A stretch of DNA of 64,000 nucleotides from an uncultured Anaerolineaceae bacterium (GTDB lineage: Bacteria; Chloroflexota; Limnocylindria; Limnocylindrales; CSP1-4). The stretch is from assembly GCA_964513505.1 (NCBI GenBank), contig CAZENL010000002.1:4261-68260 (forward strand). Direction: 5' to 3'. Position 1 is the stretch's first letter, and each line of letters begins with the position of its first letter. The notes under the pieces were generated by a model. That model was not told where the DNA came from, did no database searches, and was given only the letters and a program-made list of their open reading frames with translations. Both the position numbers and the translations under genes were made by a program. Shown one piece after another: positions 37,774-47,727 of the stretch.

Positions 37774-38307
37774 GTGGCAACCAAGTCGAGAACACGTACA
37801 AGCCAACCGGATCGGCGAACTCCGGCGCCGTCGCGGCGGTTTCGGCTGCGGGACGTTGGACTGGTGCTGGGTGGAATCGTCGCGGTCGTCGCCATCGTCG
37901 CCGTCGGCTGGGTGGTCGCGACCGGCGCGCCGGCCAAGCCCGCGCCTGCCTCTGACGGCACCGTGGTCCAGGCCAACGGTGGCTCATGGACCAACATCAC
38001 GCCGGACAAGCTGGCCTCGATGCTAAGTGGCAAGGACTTCACCCTGCTGAACGTCAAGACGCCATATTCCGGCGAGATTGCGGGCACCGATCTGTACATC
38101 CCGTACGACCAGCTGACCGCCCATGCTGCGGAACTGCCCTCCGATAAGACCGCCAAGGTGGTCGTCTACTGCCGCTCCGGACACGAGAGTGCGATCGCCG
38201 CGCAGACGCTGATCGACCTTGGTTACACCCGCATCGACAACCTGGACGGGGGCATGACCGCCTGGACCGACAGCGGTCGTACCCTGGTTCAGCTGCCCCG
38301 ATCGTGA
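37774..38307 (+). CDS. Membrane-anchored single-domain rhodanese (sulfurtransferase-like)
   Basis: GTG start, one N-terminal TM helix, and a rhodanese fold with an active-site Cys (VVYCRSGHESA). Confidence 0.75.
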   Translation: MATKSRTRTSQPDRRTPAPSRRFRLRDVGLVLGGIVAVVAIVAVGWVVATGAPAKPAPASDGTVVQANGGSWTNITPDKLASMLSGKDFTLLNVKTPYSGEIAGTDLYIPYDQLTAHAAELPSDKTAKVVVYCRSGHESAIAAQTLIDLGYTRIDNLDGGMTAWTDSGRTLVQLPRS

Positions 38308-38383
38308 GGCGAGCACCGACGCACAGGGTCTGATCTGGGATCTGTGATCCGGCGAGTCGCTCCGACACGGTAGAGTTCGACCG

Positions 38384-39064
38384 ATGAGGGACCGCCGCAC
38401 TGGTTCGCACCGCCTGAGGTCCACATGGCTGCTGCTGGCGGCGGCCGGGATGGTGGTCGCGTGCTCGAGCGGGACGGCAACGCCGGGCGTGACGTCCGCG
38501 GCGGCCACGACCGTTCCAGCCGGCGGCGCGACGCCCGCGGCGCCCGCGGCAAAGACAGCCACCCCACCCACGACCGCGACGTCGCCAGCGGCTGCCGCCG
38601 GTGGCCAAACCGGTTCGACGGTGTCTTCGGCCGCCGATCTCGCCGATGCGCTCGGACCCGGCGACTTCGTTGCAGTTGGCCTCAACGGCGCCGATACGGG
38701 CAGCGTCAACAACAACGAGGCGGGCAGCGTCTACGTCGTCTACGCGGGCAGGTCGTCCGCCACGGGAGGCATCGAATTCGACGCCTTCCTCTCCGCCACG
38801 ACATCGGACGCGGAGGCCACCTACGCCACCGTCCTCGGTGGCGCGCTAGACGCTGCGGGCATGGGCAAGAAGGACGTCCCCGCTGCCGACGATGCGGCCA
38901 TGCGGCTGGACAATCCCATCGACTCGGGCGGAACCTACGCGACCATCGCCGTGCGCAAGGGCCTGCTGGTGTTCGACATCGGCATCCCCGGCAACGCAAG
39001 CGCGGAGGCGCAACTCACCGCCCTGGCCCTGCTCGTTCTCCAGCGCACCACCGCGGTGCAGTAG
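38384..39064 (+). CDS. Putative lipoprotein, Ala/Thr/Pro-rich, function unknown
   Basis: Lipobox-like signal (LLLAAAGMVVACSS), a low-complexity linker, then a ~120-aa globular C-terminus. Confidence 0.55.
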   Translation: MRDRRTGSHRLRSTWLLLAAAGMVVACSSGTATPGVTSAAATTVPAGGATPAAPAAKTATPPTTATSPAAAAGGQTGSTVSSAADLADALGPGDFVAVGLNGADTGSVNNNEAGSVYVVYAGRSSATGGIEFDAFLSATTSDAEATYATVLGGALDAAGMGKKDVPAADDAAMRLDNPIDSGGTYATIAVRKGLLVFDIGIPGNASAEAQLTALALLVLQRTTAVQ

Positions 39065-39130
39065 CCCGAGCGGGCATCCAGTGCCGTCCGCTAGACTCGG
39101 CCGAGAGCAGGGGAGGCACGTGCGGATCGG

Positions 39131-40954
39131 TTGAGCGACGCGGAAACGGGCGAGGAGCAACGCAGCGGGCGCGGTCCAGAGAGCGCGCCTCACGCCACCA
39201 GCGAGGCCGCTCCACGCCCCAAACGCGGCAAGACCGTGCACGGAGCGCTCGCCAACGCGGGCCACCGAGTCCTCGCGCCGGATGACGCCGAAGTCGAGGC
39301 ATACCTGGAGACGGCACTCCACGCGCCGCCTCCCGAGCGAGACCCAGAAGACCAGCCGAAGTCATCCGCGTTGCCCGGCGCCGACGCAACCGCCCCTGAC
39401 AGCGTGGTGGTGCTGGATTTCGGGGGTCAGTTCGCCCAGCTCATCGCGCGACGGGTGCGCGAGCTGAATGTCTATTCGGAATTGCTCCCGCACGACACGC
39501 CGTACGCGGAGCTGATCCGTCGCGGGGCGAAGGGCGTGATCCTGTCCGGCGGCCCCATGTCCGTCTACGACGAAGGGGCGCCGAAGCCGGATCCGGCCAT
39601 CTGGAGCGGCCGCATCCCGGTCCTGGGCATCTGCTACGGCGCCCAGCTGATGGCCCTGGAGCTCGGCGGCGACGTGGCCGCAGCCGGCCATCGCGAATAC
39701 GGTCCGGCCACCATCCAGATCACCGCGGATGACGGCGTGTTTGCCGGAATGGCGCGCGAGCAGCCCGTGTGGATGAGCCACGGCGACTCCATCACGCGCC
39801 TCCCGGCCGGCTTCGTGGCCTCGGCCCAGACGGACTCCTCCCCGTTTGCCGGGCTCTTTGATGCGAAGCGGCGGCTCTACGGCATCCAGTTCCACCCGGA
39901 AGTCGCGCACACGCCGCGGGGCAAGGACGTGCTGCGCAACTTCGTGGCCGGCATCGCGGGTGCGCGCCAGACCTGGACCTCCGCCAACTTCATCGAGTCG
40001 ACGGTGGCCGAGATCCGTGAGCGAGTGGACGCGCACGCTCGTGAGACCAACTCGGACGGCCGGGTCATCTGCGCGCTGTCGGGCGGCGTGGACTCGGCGG
40101 TTGCCGCCGCGCTCGTTCATCGGGCTGTGGGCGATCGACTGACGTGCATTTACGTCGACCACGGGCTGATGCGCAAACGCGAATCGGAGCTACTGCGCGA
40201 GACGTTCGCGGCCAACCTGGGCATGGACCTGGTCATGGTCGATGCACGAGCGCGCTTCCTGGCGCGGCTGGCCGGCGTGGAGGATCCCGAGCAGAAGCGC
40301 CGCATCATCGGCGACGAGTTCATCCACGTCTTCGAAGAAGAGGCGGCCAAGCTGGGCCAGATCGACTTCCTGACCCAGGGGACGTTGTACCCGGACGTCA
40401 TCGAATCGACCACGCCGGAGACCAAGACGGCGCAGAAGATCAAGACGCACCACAACGTCGGCGGGCTGCCCGCGAACCTGCGTTTCAAGCTCATCGAGCC
40501 GCTGCGCTACCTGTTCAAGGACGAGGTGCGCCAGGTTGGCCTGGAGATGGGCCTGCCGGAGGCCATGGTCATGCGGCAGCCGTTCCCCGGTCCCGGGCTG
40601 GCGATCCGGATCCTGGGTGAGGTCACCTCCGAGCGGCTCGACACGCTGCGTGACGCCGACTGGATCGTGATGGACGAGATCAAGGCGGCCGGCCTGTACC
40701 GCAGCCTGTGGCAGAGCTTCGCGATCCTCACGCCCGTACGCTCGGTCGGTGTCATGGGTGATGGCCGGACGTATGCCAACGTGGTGGCGATCCGGGCCGT
40801 GACGTCCGAGGACGGGATGACCGCCGACTGGGCCAAGCTGCCCTACGACGTGCTCGGCAAGATCTCCAGCCGCATCGTCAACGAGGTCCCCGGCGTGAAC
40901 CGCGTGGTCTACGACATCAGCTCCAAGCCGCCCGCCACCATCGAGTGGGAGTAG
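39131..40954 (+). CDS. guaA: GMP synthase (glutamine-hydrolysing)
   Basis: GATase1 (ICYGAQLM), ATP-pyrophosphatase P-loop (SGGVDSAV) and the C-terminal dimerisation domain are present. An ~90-aa low-complexity N-terminal extension precedes an alternative in-frame GTG at 39404 ([10 protein letters not shown]). Confidence 0.92.
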   Translation: MSDAETGEEQRSGRGPESAPHATSEAAPRPKRGKTVHGALANAGHRVLAPDDAEVEAYLETALHAPPPERDPEDQPKSSALPGADATAPDSVVVLDFGGQFAQLIARRVRELNVYSELLPHDTPYAELIRRGAKGVILSGGPMSVYDEGAPKPDPAIWSGRIPVLGICYGAQLMALELGGDVAAAGHREYGPATIQITADDGVFAGMAREQPVWMSHGDSITRLPAGFVASAQTDSSPFAGLFDAKRRLYGIQFHPEVAHTPRGKDVLRNFVAGIAGARQTWTSANFIESTVAEIRERVDAHARETNSDGRVICALSGGVDSAVAAALVHRAVGDRLTCIYVDHGLMRKRESELLRETFAANLGMDLVMVDARARFLARLAGVEDPEQKRRIIGDEFIHVFEEEAAKLGQIDFLTQGTLYPDVIESTTPETKTAQKIKTHHNVGGLPANLRFKLIEPLRYLFKDEVRQVGLEMGLPEAMVMRQPFPGPGLAIRILGEVTSERLDTLRDADWIVMDEIKAAGLYRSLWQSFAILTPVRSVGVMGDGRTYANVVAIRAVTSEDGMTADWAKLPYDVLGKISSRIVNEVPGVNRVVYDISSKPPATIEWE

Positions 40955-41493
40955 CGCCGACCGCCGCTGATCGCGAACGCACCCCCGGAACGCATCTGAG
41001 CGAAGATCGCGGCGTGCTCGCAGCCCGCCTGCCGGTTCCCGGTCCTTCGTTCATCCGCGAGGTGGAGGTGCGCCTGCATGGTGCGGCCGGAACGGCGGAT
41101 CGCAAGCTCGAGGCGGGCATGAGCCAGCCCAGCGTGATGGACGACGGTTGGTGGCTCTCCACGCTGTGGGTTGCGGACGTGGACGGCGTCATCGACACGG
41201 CTGACGTGGCACCGACCGCCGGGCCGCCGCCGGGGCCGCCGCTCCAGGTCATCGGCCCGACCTTTGCCGGTGCGCTGGCCGGGCTGCTCGGCCAGGCGGA
41301 CGGGCGGCAGCTGATCCGCCTGCGCATGCCGCCGGCCGAGAACGAGGCTCGTCCCTGGGAGCGGCCGCTGATCCTGTGGGTTGCCGTGAGCTGGGATCCG
41401 GTCCGCGCATCCACGATGCGGCGCAACGAACTTGCCCGCGAGCTGCTGCGTGCGTTCGTGCATTCCGTGCAGGCGGCGAGTTCACCATCATGA
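40945..41493 (+). CDS. Hypothetical protein (start uncertain; ATG at 41116 possible)
   Basis: Its stop overlaps the start of the next gene as ATGA (41490-41493), suggesting a co-translated pair. No recognisable domain. Confidence 0.45.
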   Translation: MGVAPTAADRERTPGTHLSEDRGVLAARLPVPGPSFIREVEVRLHGAAGTADRKLEAGMSQPSVMDDGWWLSTLWVADVDGVIDTADVAPTAGPPPGPPLQVIGPTFAGALAGLLGQADGRQLIRLRMPPAENEARPWERPLILWVAVSWDPVRASTMRRNELARELLRAFVHSVQAASSPS

Positions 41494-42524
41494 CCGGCCG
41501 CGCCGATGCCCTGACCGCGACCGGTGTGCCCAGTGGCCGCGTCCGTGGCACGGCTGCGGCGCTGGCGGCCGCGCAGTCATCGGTGAAGCACGACCCGGCG
41601 CTGTGGCTGCTCGGCGCGTTGAGCTTCTGTGTCCGGGGCGGAGTGCTGCTGATCCTGCTGCCCATCCTGTGGGTGCCCAGCCCGGTGCTGCTCAGCGTGT
41701 TCTTCGGCCGGTACCTCACCACGTCCGGCATCTCCCCGGACGCGGTGCCCGTGGCCCTCTCCGTTGGCCTGGGTGCCGGCCTGGCAGTGATCGCGGCCGT
41801 TGCGCTTGCGGCGTACGCGCAGCTCTCGTCGTTCGAGCGGATCGCCTGCGGCGCGGAAACGCGCTCGTTGCTAGCCGGCCGCGCTCCGCGAGCGCTCCAC
41901 GGCCGGGAACGCGGAGCCATCGTGCTCCGCCTGACGCTGCTCAACCTCGCCAGTCTCGTGCCGGTGTTGCTGTTGCTCCCCGTGATCGGGGCGCACATCG
42001 GAGACGCCGGGCTGGCAGAGCTGCAGCTTCCCTCATCGACGGACACACCCTTCGTGATGGCCGTCCTCGGGCGCGTTCAGTCCGACCTGCTGATCCTGGC
42101 GGGGGTCGTCGTGGTCATGGACGTGCTGGCGGCGCTGGCCGCTCATCAGCTGCTCGCGGCGCGCCTCGGGGTGGCGCCACTCGTTCGCAGGACGTCCCGG
42201 CACCCCGACCTGCGTGCGCTGGCGGCGGGCCTGGCGCGCATCGTGAAGCAGCCGTTCCGAACGCTGTTCGTACTGGCTCTCTCGTGGATGCTCACGATCG
42301 GTGCCCTTGCCGTGGCACTCGCGGCTACGATCATCGGCTGGGACACCCTGCGCAGCATCCTCTTCCAGGCAACCCCGGCTGACGCGGGTCAGACGCTGAT
42401 CGCGCTGTTCGTCCGTTTGTTCGCGCTCGCCGTTTTCGGCGCAATCTGGGTCGCCAGCATCACGCTCGTGGGCTTTGCGTCGTCTCTGCGTGGGGCGTTC
42501 TGGACGACCAATGCACTGCATTGA
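41490..42524 (+). CDS. Polytopic membrane protein, unknown function
   Basis: About 8 predicted TM helices (LWLLGALSFCVRGGVLLILLPILWVPSPVLLSVFF...). Coupled to the upstream ORF. Confidence 0.55.
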   Translation: MTGRADALTATGVPSGRVRGTAAALAAAQSSVKHDPALWLLGALSFCVRGGVLLILLPILWVPSPVLLSVFFGRYLTTSGISPDAVPVALSVGLGAGLAVIAAVALAAYAQLSSFERIACGAETRSLLAGRAPRALHGRERGAIVLRLTLLNLASLVPVLLLLPVIGAHIGDAGLAELQLPSSTDTPFVMAVLGRVQSDLLILAGVVVVMDVLAALAAHQLLAARLGVAPLVRRTSRHPDLRALAAGLARIVKQPFRTLFVLALSWMLTIGALAVALAATIIGWDTLRSILFQATPADAGQTLIALFVRLFALAVFGAIWVASITLVGFASSLRGAFWTTNALH

Positions 42525-42669
42525 CCGTTCCACGAAGTCCGGTTGACAATGGAGCAGGACCGTTGCCGTCACGCTCCGGTCAGCTTTCCGCTGCTAAACT
42601 CGGCCATCGACCACGGGGCCGCGCGCGGGCTCGCGTGGGACCCCTTCACTACGCGAGGCGCCGCAACGC

Positions 42670-43326
42670 ATGCCTGATCTGACCGGGATACAGCAGCAGT
42701 TCAGCGACATCATCAACAGCGACATCGTGCAGCTCGGGCTGCGCGCGATCGTCCTCTACATCGCGCTGCTCTGGCTGGCGACCGCGTTCTGGGCATACCG
42801 GGACATGCAGCACCGCACCACCAACCCGGTCGCGCCGTACCTCGCGGCCACGCTGATCATCCTGTTCACGCCGATCGCGTTCCTGTTCGGCTACTTCCTC
42901 TACAAGATCGTGCGGCCAAAGGAGACGGTGGCCGAGGCCAACGAACGAGCGCTCGCCGAAGAGGCGATGCTGGTCGAGATCGAGTCCCAGCCGCACTGCG
43001 CCAACTGCTCGCGGCCGGTGCACGAGGAATGGATCATCTGCCCCACCTGCCGCAACCGGCTACGCCGCGTGTGCCCCAACTGCTCGCGGCTGGTGGAACT
43101 CGACTGGTCGCTCTGTGCCTGGTGCGGCAAGGACTTCGAGCGGCCGGAGTTGCTGGGCCCCGCGTACATGCCGCAGCAGCAGAAGGCTCGCAAGGCTCCG
43201 GGCGGAGCACCCATGCCCGCCTATCCGGAACCGAGCGGTGTCCCGGCGCCGGTGCTCTCGCAGAGCATGGCGGGTGGCGTTGACCGGGCGCCTGCCGCGC
43301 CGCGTCCCCTGCCCGGGGAGCATTGA
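42670..43326 (+). CDS. Membrane protein with a cytoplasmic double zinc-ribbon domain
   Basis: Two N-terminal TM helices, then CANC...CPTC...CPNC...CAWC (four CxxC pairs forming a double zinc ribbon). Pro-rich C-terminus. Confidence 0.6.
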   Translation: MPDLTGIQQQFSDIINSDIVQLGLRAIVLYIALLWLATAFWAYRDMQHRTTNPVAPYLAATLIILFTPIAFLFGYFLYKIVRPKETVAEANERALAEEAMLVEIESQPHCANCSRPVHEEWIICPTCRNRLRRVCPNCSRLVELDWSLCAWCGKDFERPELLGPAYMPQQQKARKAPGGAPMPAYPEPSGVPAPVLSQSMAGGVDRAPAAPRPLPGEH

Positions 43327-44435
43327 CCGAACCTCCCGACCACGCTTCCGACGGCTGGGCCGTCGTTCACGTCCCGCTCGATTCGGAGCCGCCGGGGCCG
43401 ATCTCCACCGAAGAGGACGACGAGGCGCCGGAGATTCCAGCAGCCGCGACGCACGGCGGCCCCCCGGGTGAGCGGATCTTCAGCCTCGAGGGACGCCCGG
43501 CCGCGGGCCTGTACCTGGTCGCGTGGCTCCTGGCACTGGTCGGCTTTGGCGTTCTGTTCATCACGCTCCTCGCCGCGAGTGAAGGCATCCGGCCTGCGCA
43601 GGGCGCGGGGCCGCTGCTCGGACTCATCGGCACCGGGCTGCTTGGATTGGGCCTGGCCACCGCGGCCGGCTACCAGGTGGTCGCACGTGCCGCCCTCCGC
43701 CCTCCCGAGGCCTATCGCGGCCCGTCGCCGCTGATCGTCTTTGGCGTCGCCCTCCTGGTGGTGGGAATCGCGTCGCTGGCGCTCGGACTGCTGGGCCTCG
43801 ACCCGAACGCGAACGCCACCGGCTTCCTGGCCAACCTGATCGCGGTCGAGCTGGGGTACGTGGTGGTGGTCCTGCTGTTCGTCGTGCGCAGCCACGCCAT
43901 GACGTGGCGAGAGATGGGCTGGCCGGTGCGCAGGCCGCCGCGCGAGATCCTGATCGACCTCTCCTACGGCGCGGCGCTGATGGTGCCGACTGTCATTGGC
44001 ATCGGGTTCATCGCCCTGGTCGTGTCTGGGTTGCTGGGCGGCGTCAAGGCGCCGGACATCGTGCCGAACTCGGGCAGCGGGAGCGACGTGCTGTTGCTGG
44101 CGCTGGCCACGATCGTGGTCGCGCCCGTCGGTGAGGAGCTGTTCTTCCGGGGTTTCGCCCTCACCGCGTGGTGGCGAGACCTGGGTGTCCGCGCGGCGTT
44201 GATCCGCAGCGCCCTGTTCTTCGCGTTGATCCACATCGTCAACGTCACGGCCGTGGACTTCGACACGGGCGTGCGGCAGGTGATCCTGATCCTGGCGCAG
44301 ATCATCCCGCTGGGATTCGTCCTTGGCTGGCTGTTCGTCCGGCGCGGCATCGTGGCCTCCATCGCCGGCCATGCCGCGTACAACGCCGTCATCTTCCTGG
44401 CCGTTCTGTCCGTCCGGGGCCTGCCCAACATCTAG
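43323..44435 (+). CDS. CPBP-family intramembrane metalloprotease (CAAX protease/Abi family)
   Basis: ATGA overlap with the zinc-ribbon gene. Motifs EELFFRG, FxxxH (LFFALIHIVN) and HAAYNA are present. Confidence 0.8.
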   Translation: MTEPPDHASDGWAVVHVPLDSEPPGPISTEEDDEAPEIPAAATHGGPPGERIFSLEGRPAAGLYLVAWLLALVGFGVLFITLLAASEGIRPAQGAGPLLGLIGTGLLGLGLATAAGYQVVARAALRPPEAYRGPSPLIVFGVALLVVGIASLALGLLGLDPNANATGFLANLIAVELGYVVVVLLFVVRSHAMTWREMGWPVRRPPREILIDLSYGAALMVPTVIGIGFIALVVSGLLGGVKAPDIVPNSGSGSDVLLLALATIVVAPVGEELFFRGFALTAWWRDLGVRAALIRSALFFALIHIVNVTAVDFDTGVRQVILILAQIIPLGFVLGWLFVRRGIVASIAGHAAYNAVIFLAVLSVRGLPNI

Positions 44436-44595
44436 TGCCGGGGATGCGCTCTCCGCGCCAGGATGTTGACCCGCTGGCTCGGTCGCCCCACTCGTGACCG
44501 TTCACAACGCTAGCCGGGGGACAGCCACGCCCGTACACTCTCCCGACGCCAGCGAAGCCCTGTCGCTCGGCCCGACCGTTGGAGGGATCCATCTC

Positions 44596-45255
44596 ATGCG
44601 CCACACGCGTAGCCGGCTGCGCCCGCTTGGCCTGGCACTCGGCGTCACGCTGGCATTGGCGGCGAGCGCGGTGCTCGGCGGGGTCACCAGCGCAGCCACC
44701 AAGACGCCGTTCGACAAGAACCTGGTCAAGAACCCGGGAGCCGAGGATGGCGCCGGCACGAGCGGCAACACGCCCGTCGAGATCCCGAATTGGAGCGTAT
44801 ACGGCGCTTTCACGGTCGTCCGCTATGGCGCAGCAGGGTTCCCGGCCAAGTCTGAGTCGACGCGGATTGGCGGCGGTCGCAAGTTCTTCTCGTGCGGGCC
44901 GAACTCGAGCGGGGGACACATGGTCCAGACCATCCGCCTGAAAGGCCTGGGGACGCTCATCGACAACGGGCACGTGAAGGTCATCCTGAAAGGGCGCCTT
45001 GCGAGCTACGGAGCCCAGCAGGACTCGGCGACTCTCAGTATCCACTTCTACAACGCCGGCTTCGGGACCGGCTACCTCTACGCACCGGCCGTCGTCGCTT
45101 CCGATGACCTGTTCATCTCCGAATCGGCGTCCCTCATCGTCCCCCCGAGCACCTCGTTCCTCCACGTGGAGCTGTACGGGGTGCGCGCCAACAACGGCGG
45201 GACCTACTGCGACGCCTACTTCGACAACATCAGCGTGGTGCTAAAGCTGGTCTAG
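44596..45255 (+). CDS. Secreted beta-sandwich protein (DUF642/galactose-binding-like, tentative)
   Basis: Signal peptide (MRHTRSRLRPLGLALGVTLALAASAVLG). The mature N-terminus FDKNLVKNPGAED and the C-terminal GGTYCDAYFDNISVVL resemble DUF642/CBM-like jelly-roll proteins. ORF-track upstream codons were discarded. Confidence 0.5.
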   Translation: MRHTRSRLRPLGLALGVTLALAASAVLGGVTSAATKTPFDKNLVKNPGAEDGAGTSGNTPVEIPNWSVYGAFTVVRYGAAGFPAKSESTRIGGGRKFFSCGPNSSGGHMVQTIRLKGLGTLIDNGHVKVILKGRLASYGAQQDSATLSIHFYNAGFGTGYLYAPAVVASDDLFISESASLIVPPSTSFLHVELYGVRANNGGTYCDAYFDNISVVLKLV

Positions 45256-45424
45256 GTAAGCGCGCGTGCAGTCCGGGGCGACCGCCGGTAAAGGGCTCAT
45301 GTCTAATCTGGCAGAGCTTTCGGATCCGGACGGCGGGGGAATCGGCGGGCTTCGTCGTTCGGGTCCGGAAGCACTGACCTGACTTTGTTGGCCGCCACAG
45401 CCCGCGAAACAGGAGCGGCGGCGC

Positions 45425-46138
45425 ATGGACCACCGGACCGCGCATCGGTCGATTCGCGAGCTGCCCCTCACGGAGCGGCCACGAGAACGCCTGGCAACCC
45501 TCGGGCCGGGCGCGCTGACCGCCGCCGAGCTGCTGGGCCTCGTGTGGACCTCCGGCACGCGGCGTGCCACCGCCACGCAGGTAGCCGAGGAGTGCCTGGT
45601 ACGCCTGGAGGGGCTTGACGGCATCGGTCGCGCGAGTGCCGCCGAATTGGAAGCGGTGCCGGGCGTTGGACCCGTGCGCGCCGCCCAGGTGACCGCCGCC
45701 CTGGAACTCGGCCGACGGTTGCTCGCCGATTGGCCGGCGGGCCGGTGGAGCGTCCGCGCGCCCCGCGACCTCGCCGAGCGGCTGCTCCTCCAGATGGGCC
45801 GCCTGGAACGGGAAGAGCTGCGCGTGGTCCTGCTGAACACGCGCAACGTCGTGCTGGCCGTGCAGACGGTCTACGTGGGCAACGTGTCTGCGGCCCTGGT
45901 ACGCGTCGGGGAACTGTTTCGCGACGCCATCCGCCGCCACGCCGCGGGCCTGATCCTGGTCCACAACCACCCGTCCGGAGATCCCACGCCCAGCCCGGAC
46001 GACCTGCATCTCACCGCGGAGACCATCGCGGCAGGCCGCCTCCTGGACGTAGCCGTGCTGGACCACCTGATCATCGGCCAGGACGCGTACGTGAGCCTGC
46101 GCGACCGGGGCGTCGCCTTCGATCGAACGGGGGCCTGA
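45425..46138 (+). CDS. radC: RadC-family protein (JAB/MPN metalloprotease-like DNA repair protein)
   Basis: HhH N-terminus and JAMM motif (HNHPSGDPTPSPDD). Confidence 0.85.
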   Translation: MDHRTAHRSIRELPLTERPRERLATLGPGALTAAELLGLVWTSGTRRATATQVAEECLVRLEGLDGIGRASAAELEAVPGVGPVRAAQVTAALELGRRLLADWPAGRWSVRAPRDLAERLLLQMGRLEREELRVVLLNTRNVVLAVQTVYVGNVSAALVRVGELFRDAIRRHAAGLILVHNHPSGDPTPSPDDLHLTAETIAAGRLLDVAVLDHLIIGQDAYVSLRDRGVAFDRTGA

Positions 46139-46158
46139 CGGTCACGCGACCGCCGCCG

Positions 46159-47151
46159 TCAGCGCAGCCGGGCCTTCCGGGTGCTGGACGCCTGCCCTTG
46201 CCGATCCAGCGTGGTCCAGGCCCGCTGCGGTGGCCGGCCGGGCGGAACGTTCGGCTCCAGGCTGTGGCGGTCCCAGCCGCCGAGGTCGGCCCCGGCTGCG
46301 TATGTGGCCTGGAAGAACTGCTGGACCGCGGCACCCGGATCCGTGGCGGCGCGGATGGCGTCGTACGGCAGCAGGAACTCCCCGAACCGGGCGTCAAAGT
46401 ACGCCTCCGCGGGAAGGACCGGCGCCGTCTTGAAGCCGTCCGGCTCCGGGTAGGCGTACGAGTAGAACGCAGGGCCCGGCTCGTCGCTGGCCGGCCACCA
46501 GCCGAGGCTGACCTCCTCGCGGGAATAGGCCTCCTCCATCACCCAATCGGGGCAGTTGGGCGCGCCGCCTGGGTGGAGCGGGGCGGGGTGGCCGGAGTAG
46601 CGCGATGTTGCGATGTCGAAACTCCCCCAGAACAGGTGCACGGGGCTGACCTTGCCTGCGAAGCCGCCCTGGAACGCCTTCATCGCGAGGTCTGCCTGCA
46701 CGAGTGCGCGCCACAGCAGGTGGACCTGCGCGGGGTCGTATGAGGCGTGCTCCTCGTCCACCTGGAAGTCGATGACGCGGGCCACCTCCACGGGCTTGGT
46801 GTAGATGCGCACGTCGATGCCCAGGCCACGCAATCCCTGCATGAACTCGCGGTAGAACTGCGCCACGGACTTGGGCCCGAGCGGGATCGTGAACCGGCCT
46901 CCGCCGCTGTCCTCGACCGCAAGCCGGTGGTCGATGAAGTCGAAGTCAACCTGGAAGGTCCCGCGCCCGAACGGGATCGCCGAGGTGGTCAGCCCTCGGG
47001 AAGTGACGTACAGCGTGGTGTGCCACCAGTGGTTGAGCGGCGGCGTGAGTGCCATGCGCACCTTGCCGACGATCTGGAGCCACAGGTGCAGCGTGTCGAC
47101 GGTGGCCTCCCACTCCCTCCACGGCAGTTCCGGCCACGCCTCCCCCGCCAT
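46159..47151 (-). CDS. DUF5996-like conserved hypothetical protein
   Basis: The N-terminus (WPELPWREWEATVDTLHLWLQIVGKVRMALTPPLNHWWHTTLYVTSRGLTT) matches the conserved DUF5996 signature as I recall it. Start chosen at the ATG immediately after the stop of the ZnF-UBP gene. Confidence 0.65.
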   Translation of the reverse strand: MAGEAWPELPWREWEATVDTLHLWLQIVGKVRMALTPPLNHWWHTTLYVTSRGLTTSAIPFGRGTFQVDFDFIDHRLAVEDSGGGRFTIPLGPKSVAQFYREFMQGLRGLGIDVRIYTKPVEVARVIDFQVDEEHASYDPAQVHLLWRALVQADLAMKAFQGGFAGKVSPVHLFWGSFDIATSRYSGHPAPLHPGGAPNCPDWVMEEAYSREEVSLGWWPASDEPGPAFYSYAYPEPDGFKTAPVLPAEAYFDARFGEFLLPYDAIRAATDPGAAVQQFFQATYAAGADLGGWDRHSLEPNVPPGRPPQRAWTTLDRQGQASSTRKARLR

Positions 47152-47498
47152 CAGTGCAGGAGCTGTTGCCAATTCCGCGGCACGCGACCGGCCGGTCCCG
47201 GCACGGGCTGGTCGAGCGGATGGTCGCGCGGAGGCGCCAGCGGAGGTCCCTCCAATTCCTCATCGGTGCTGAAGTCCCAGAACCAGTCCTCGCCCGGCTC
47301 ATAGCTCTGGGCGATCGGATGCTGCGCCGCGATGGCGTGCTTGCGCGTGTGCTGCGACGGCGACGAATCGCAGCAGCCGACGTGGCCGCAATGGGCGCAG
47401 CGCCGCAGGTGGAACCACCAGCCGTCCGTGGCCAGGCATTCCACGCAGCCGGAGCCGCTGGGTGGTATCTCGGGATGGATGTCCGACCGGTCCGCCAC
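47151..47498 (-). CDS. UBP-type zinc-finger (ZnF-UBP) domain protein
   Basis: CVECLATDGWWFHLRRCAHCGHVGCCDSSPSQHTRKH carries the ZnF-UBP Cys/His ligand pattern. About 115 aa, no other domain. Confidence 0.7.
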   Translation of the reverse strand: MADRSDIHPEIPPSGSGCVECLATDGWWFHLRRCAHCGHVGCCDSSPSQHTRKHAIAAQHPIAQSYEPGEDWFWDFSTDEELEGPPLAPPRDHPLDQPVPGPAGRVPRNWQQLLH

Positions 47499-47727
47499 GG
47501 GTCACGCCCTCCGCTTCAAGGCCTCCGAGTATGCACCGGGATAGCGCCGCGGCGCTCCGGCGCCACGGTCGCTCACCGGCCGGCGCGGGAAGCCACGCAA
47601 CGCCCCCGGCTATACTCAACGGCCCGCCCTGCCACCCAGAAAACGGCCGGCGGCTCAGCGGTGCTGACCTCGTCAACGCCCACCGAACCGGCTTCCGGCC
47701 AACGCTTCCCAGAGGACCGCCCGCTTC

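Noticed and set aside
45256-45424. Possible tRNA or small RNA in the gap upstream of radC
   Set aside because: No cloverleaf or T-loop (GGTTCGAATCC-like) consensus is recognisable. It was left unannotated.
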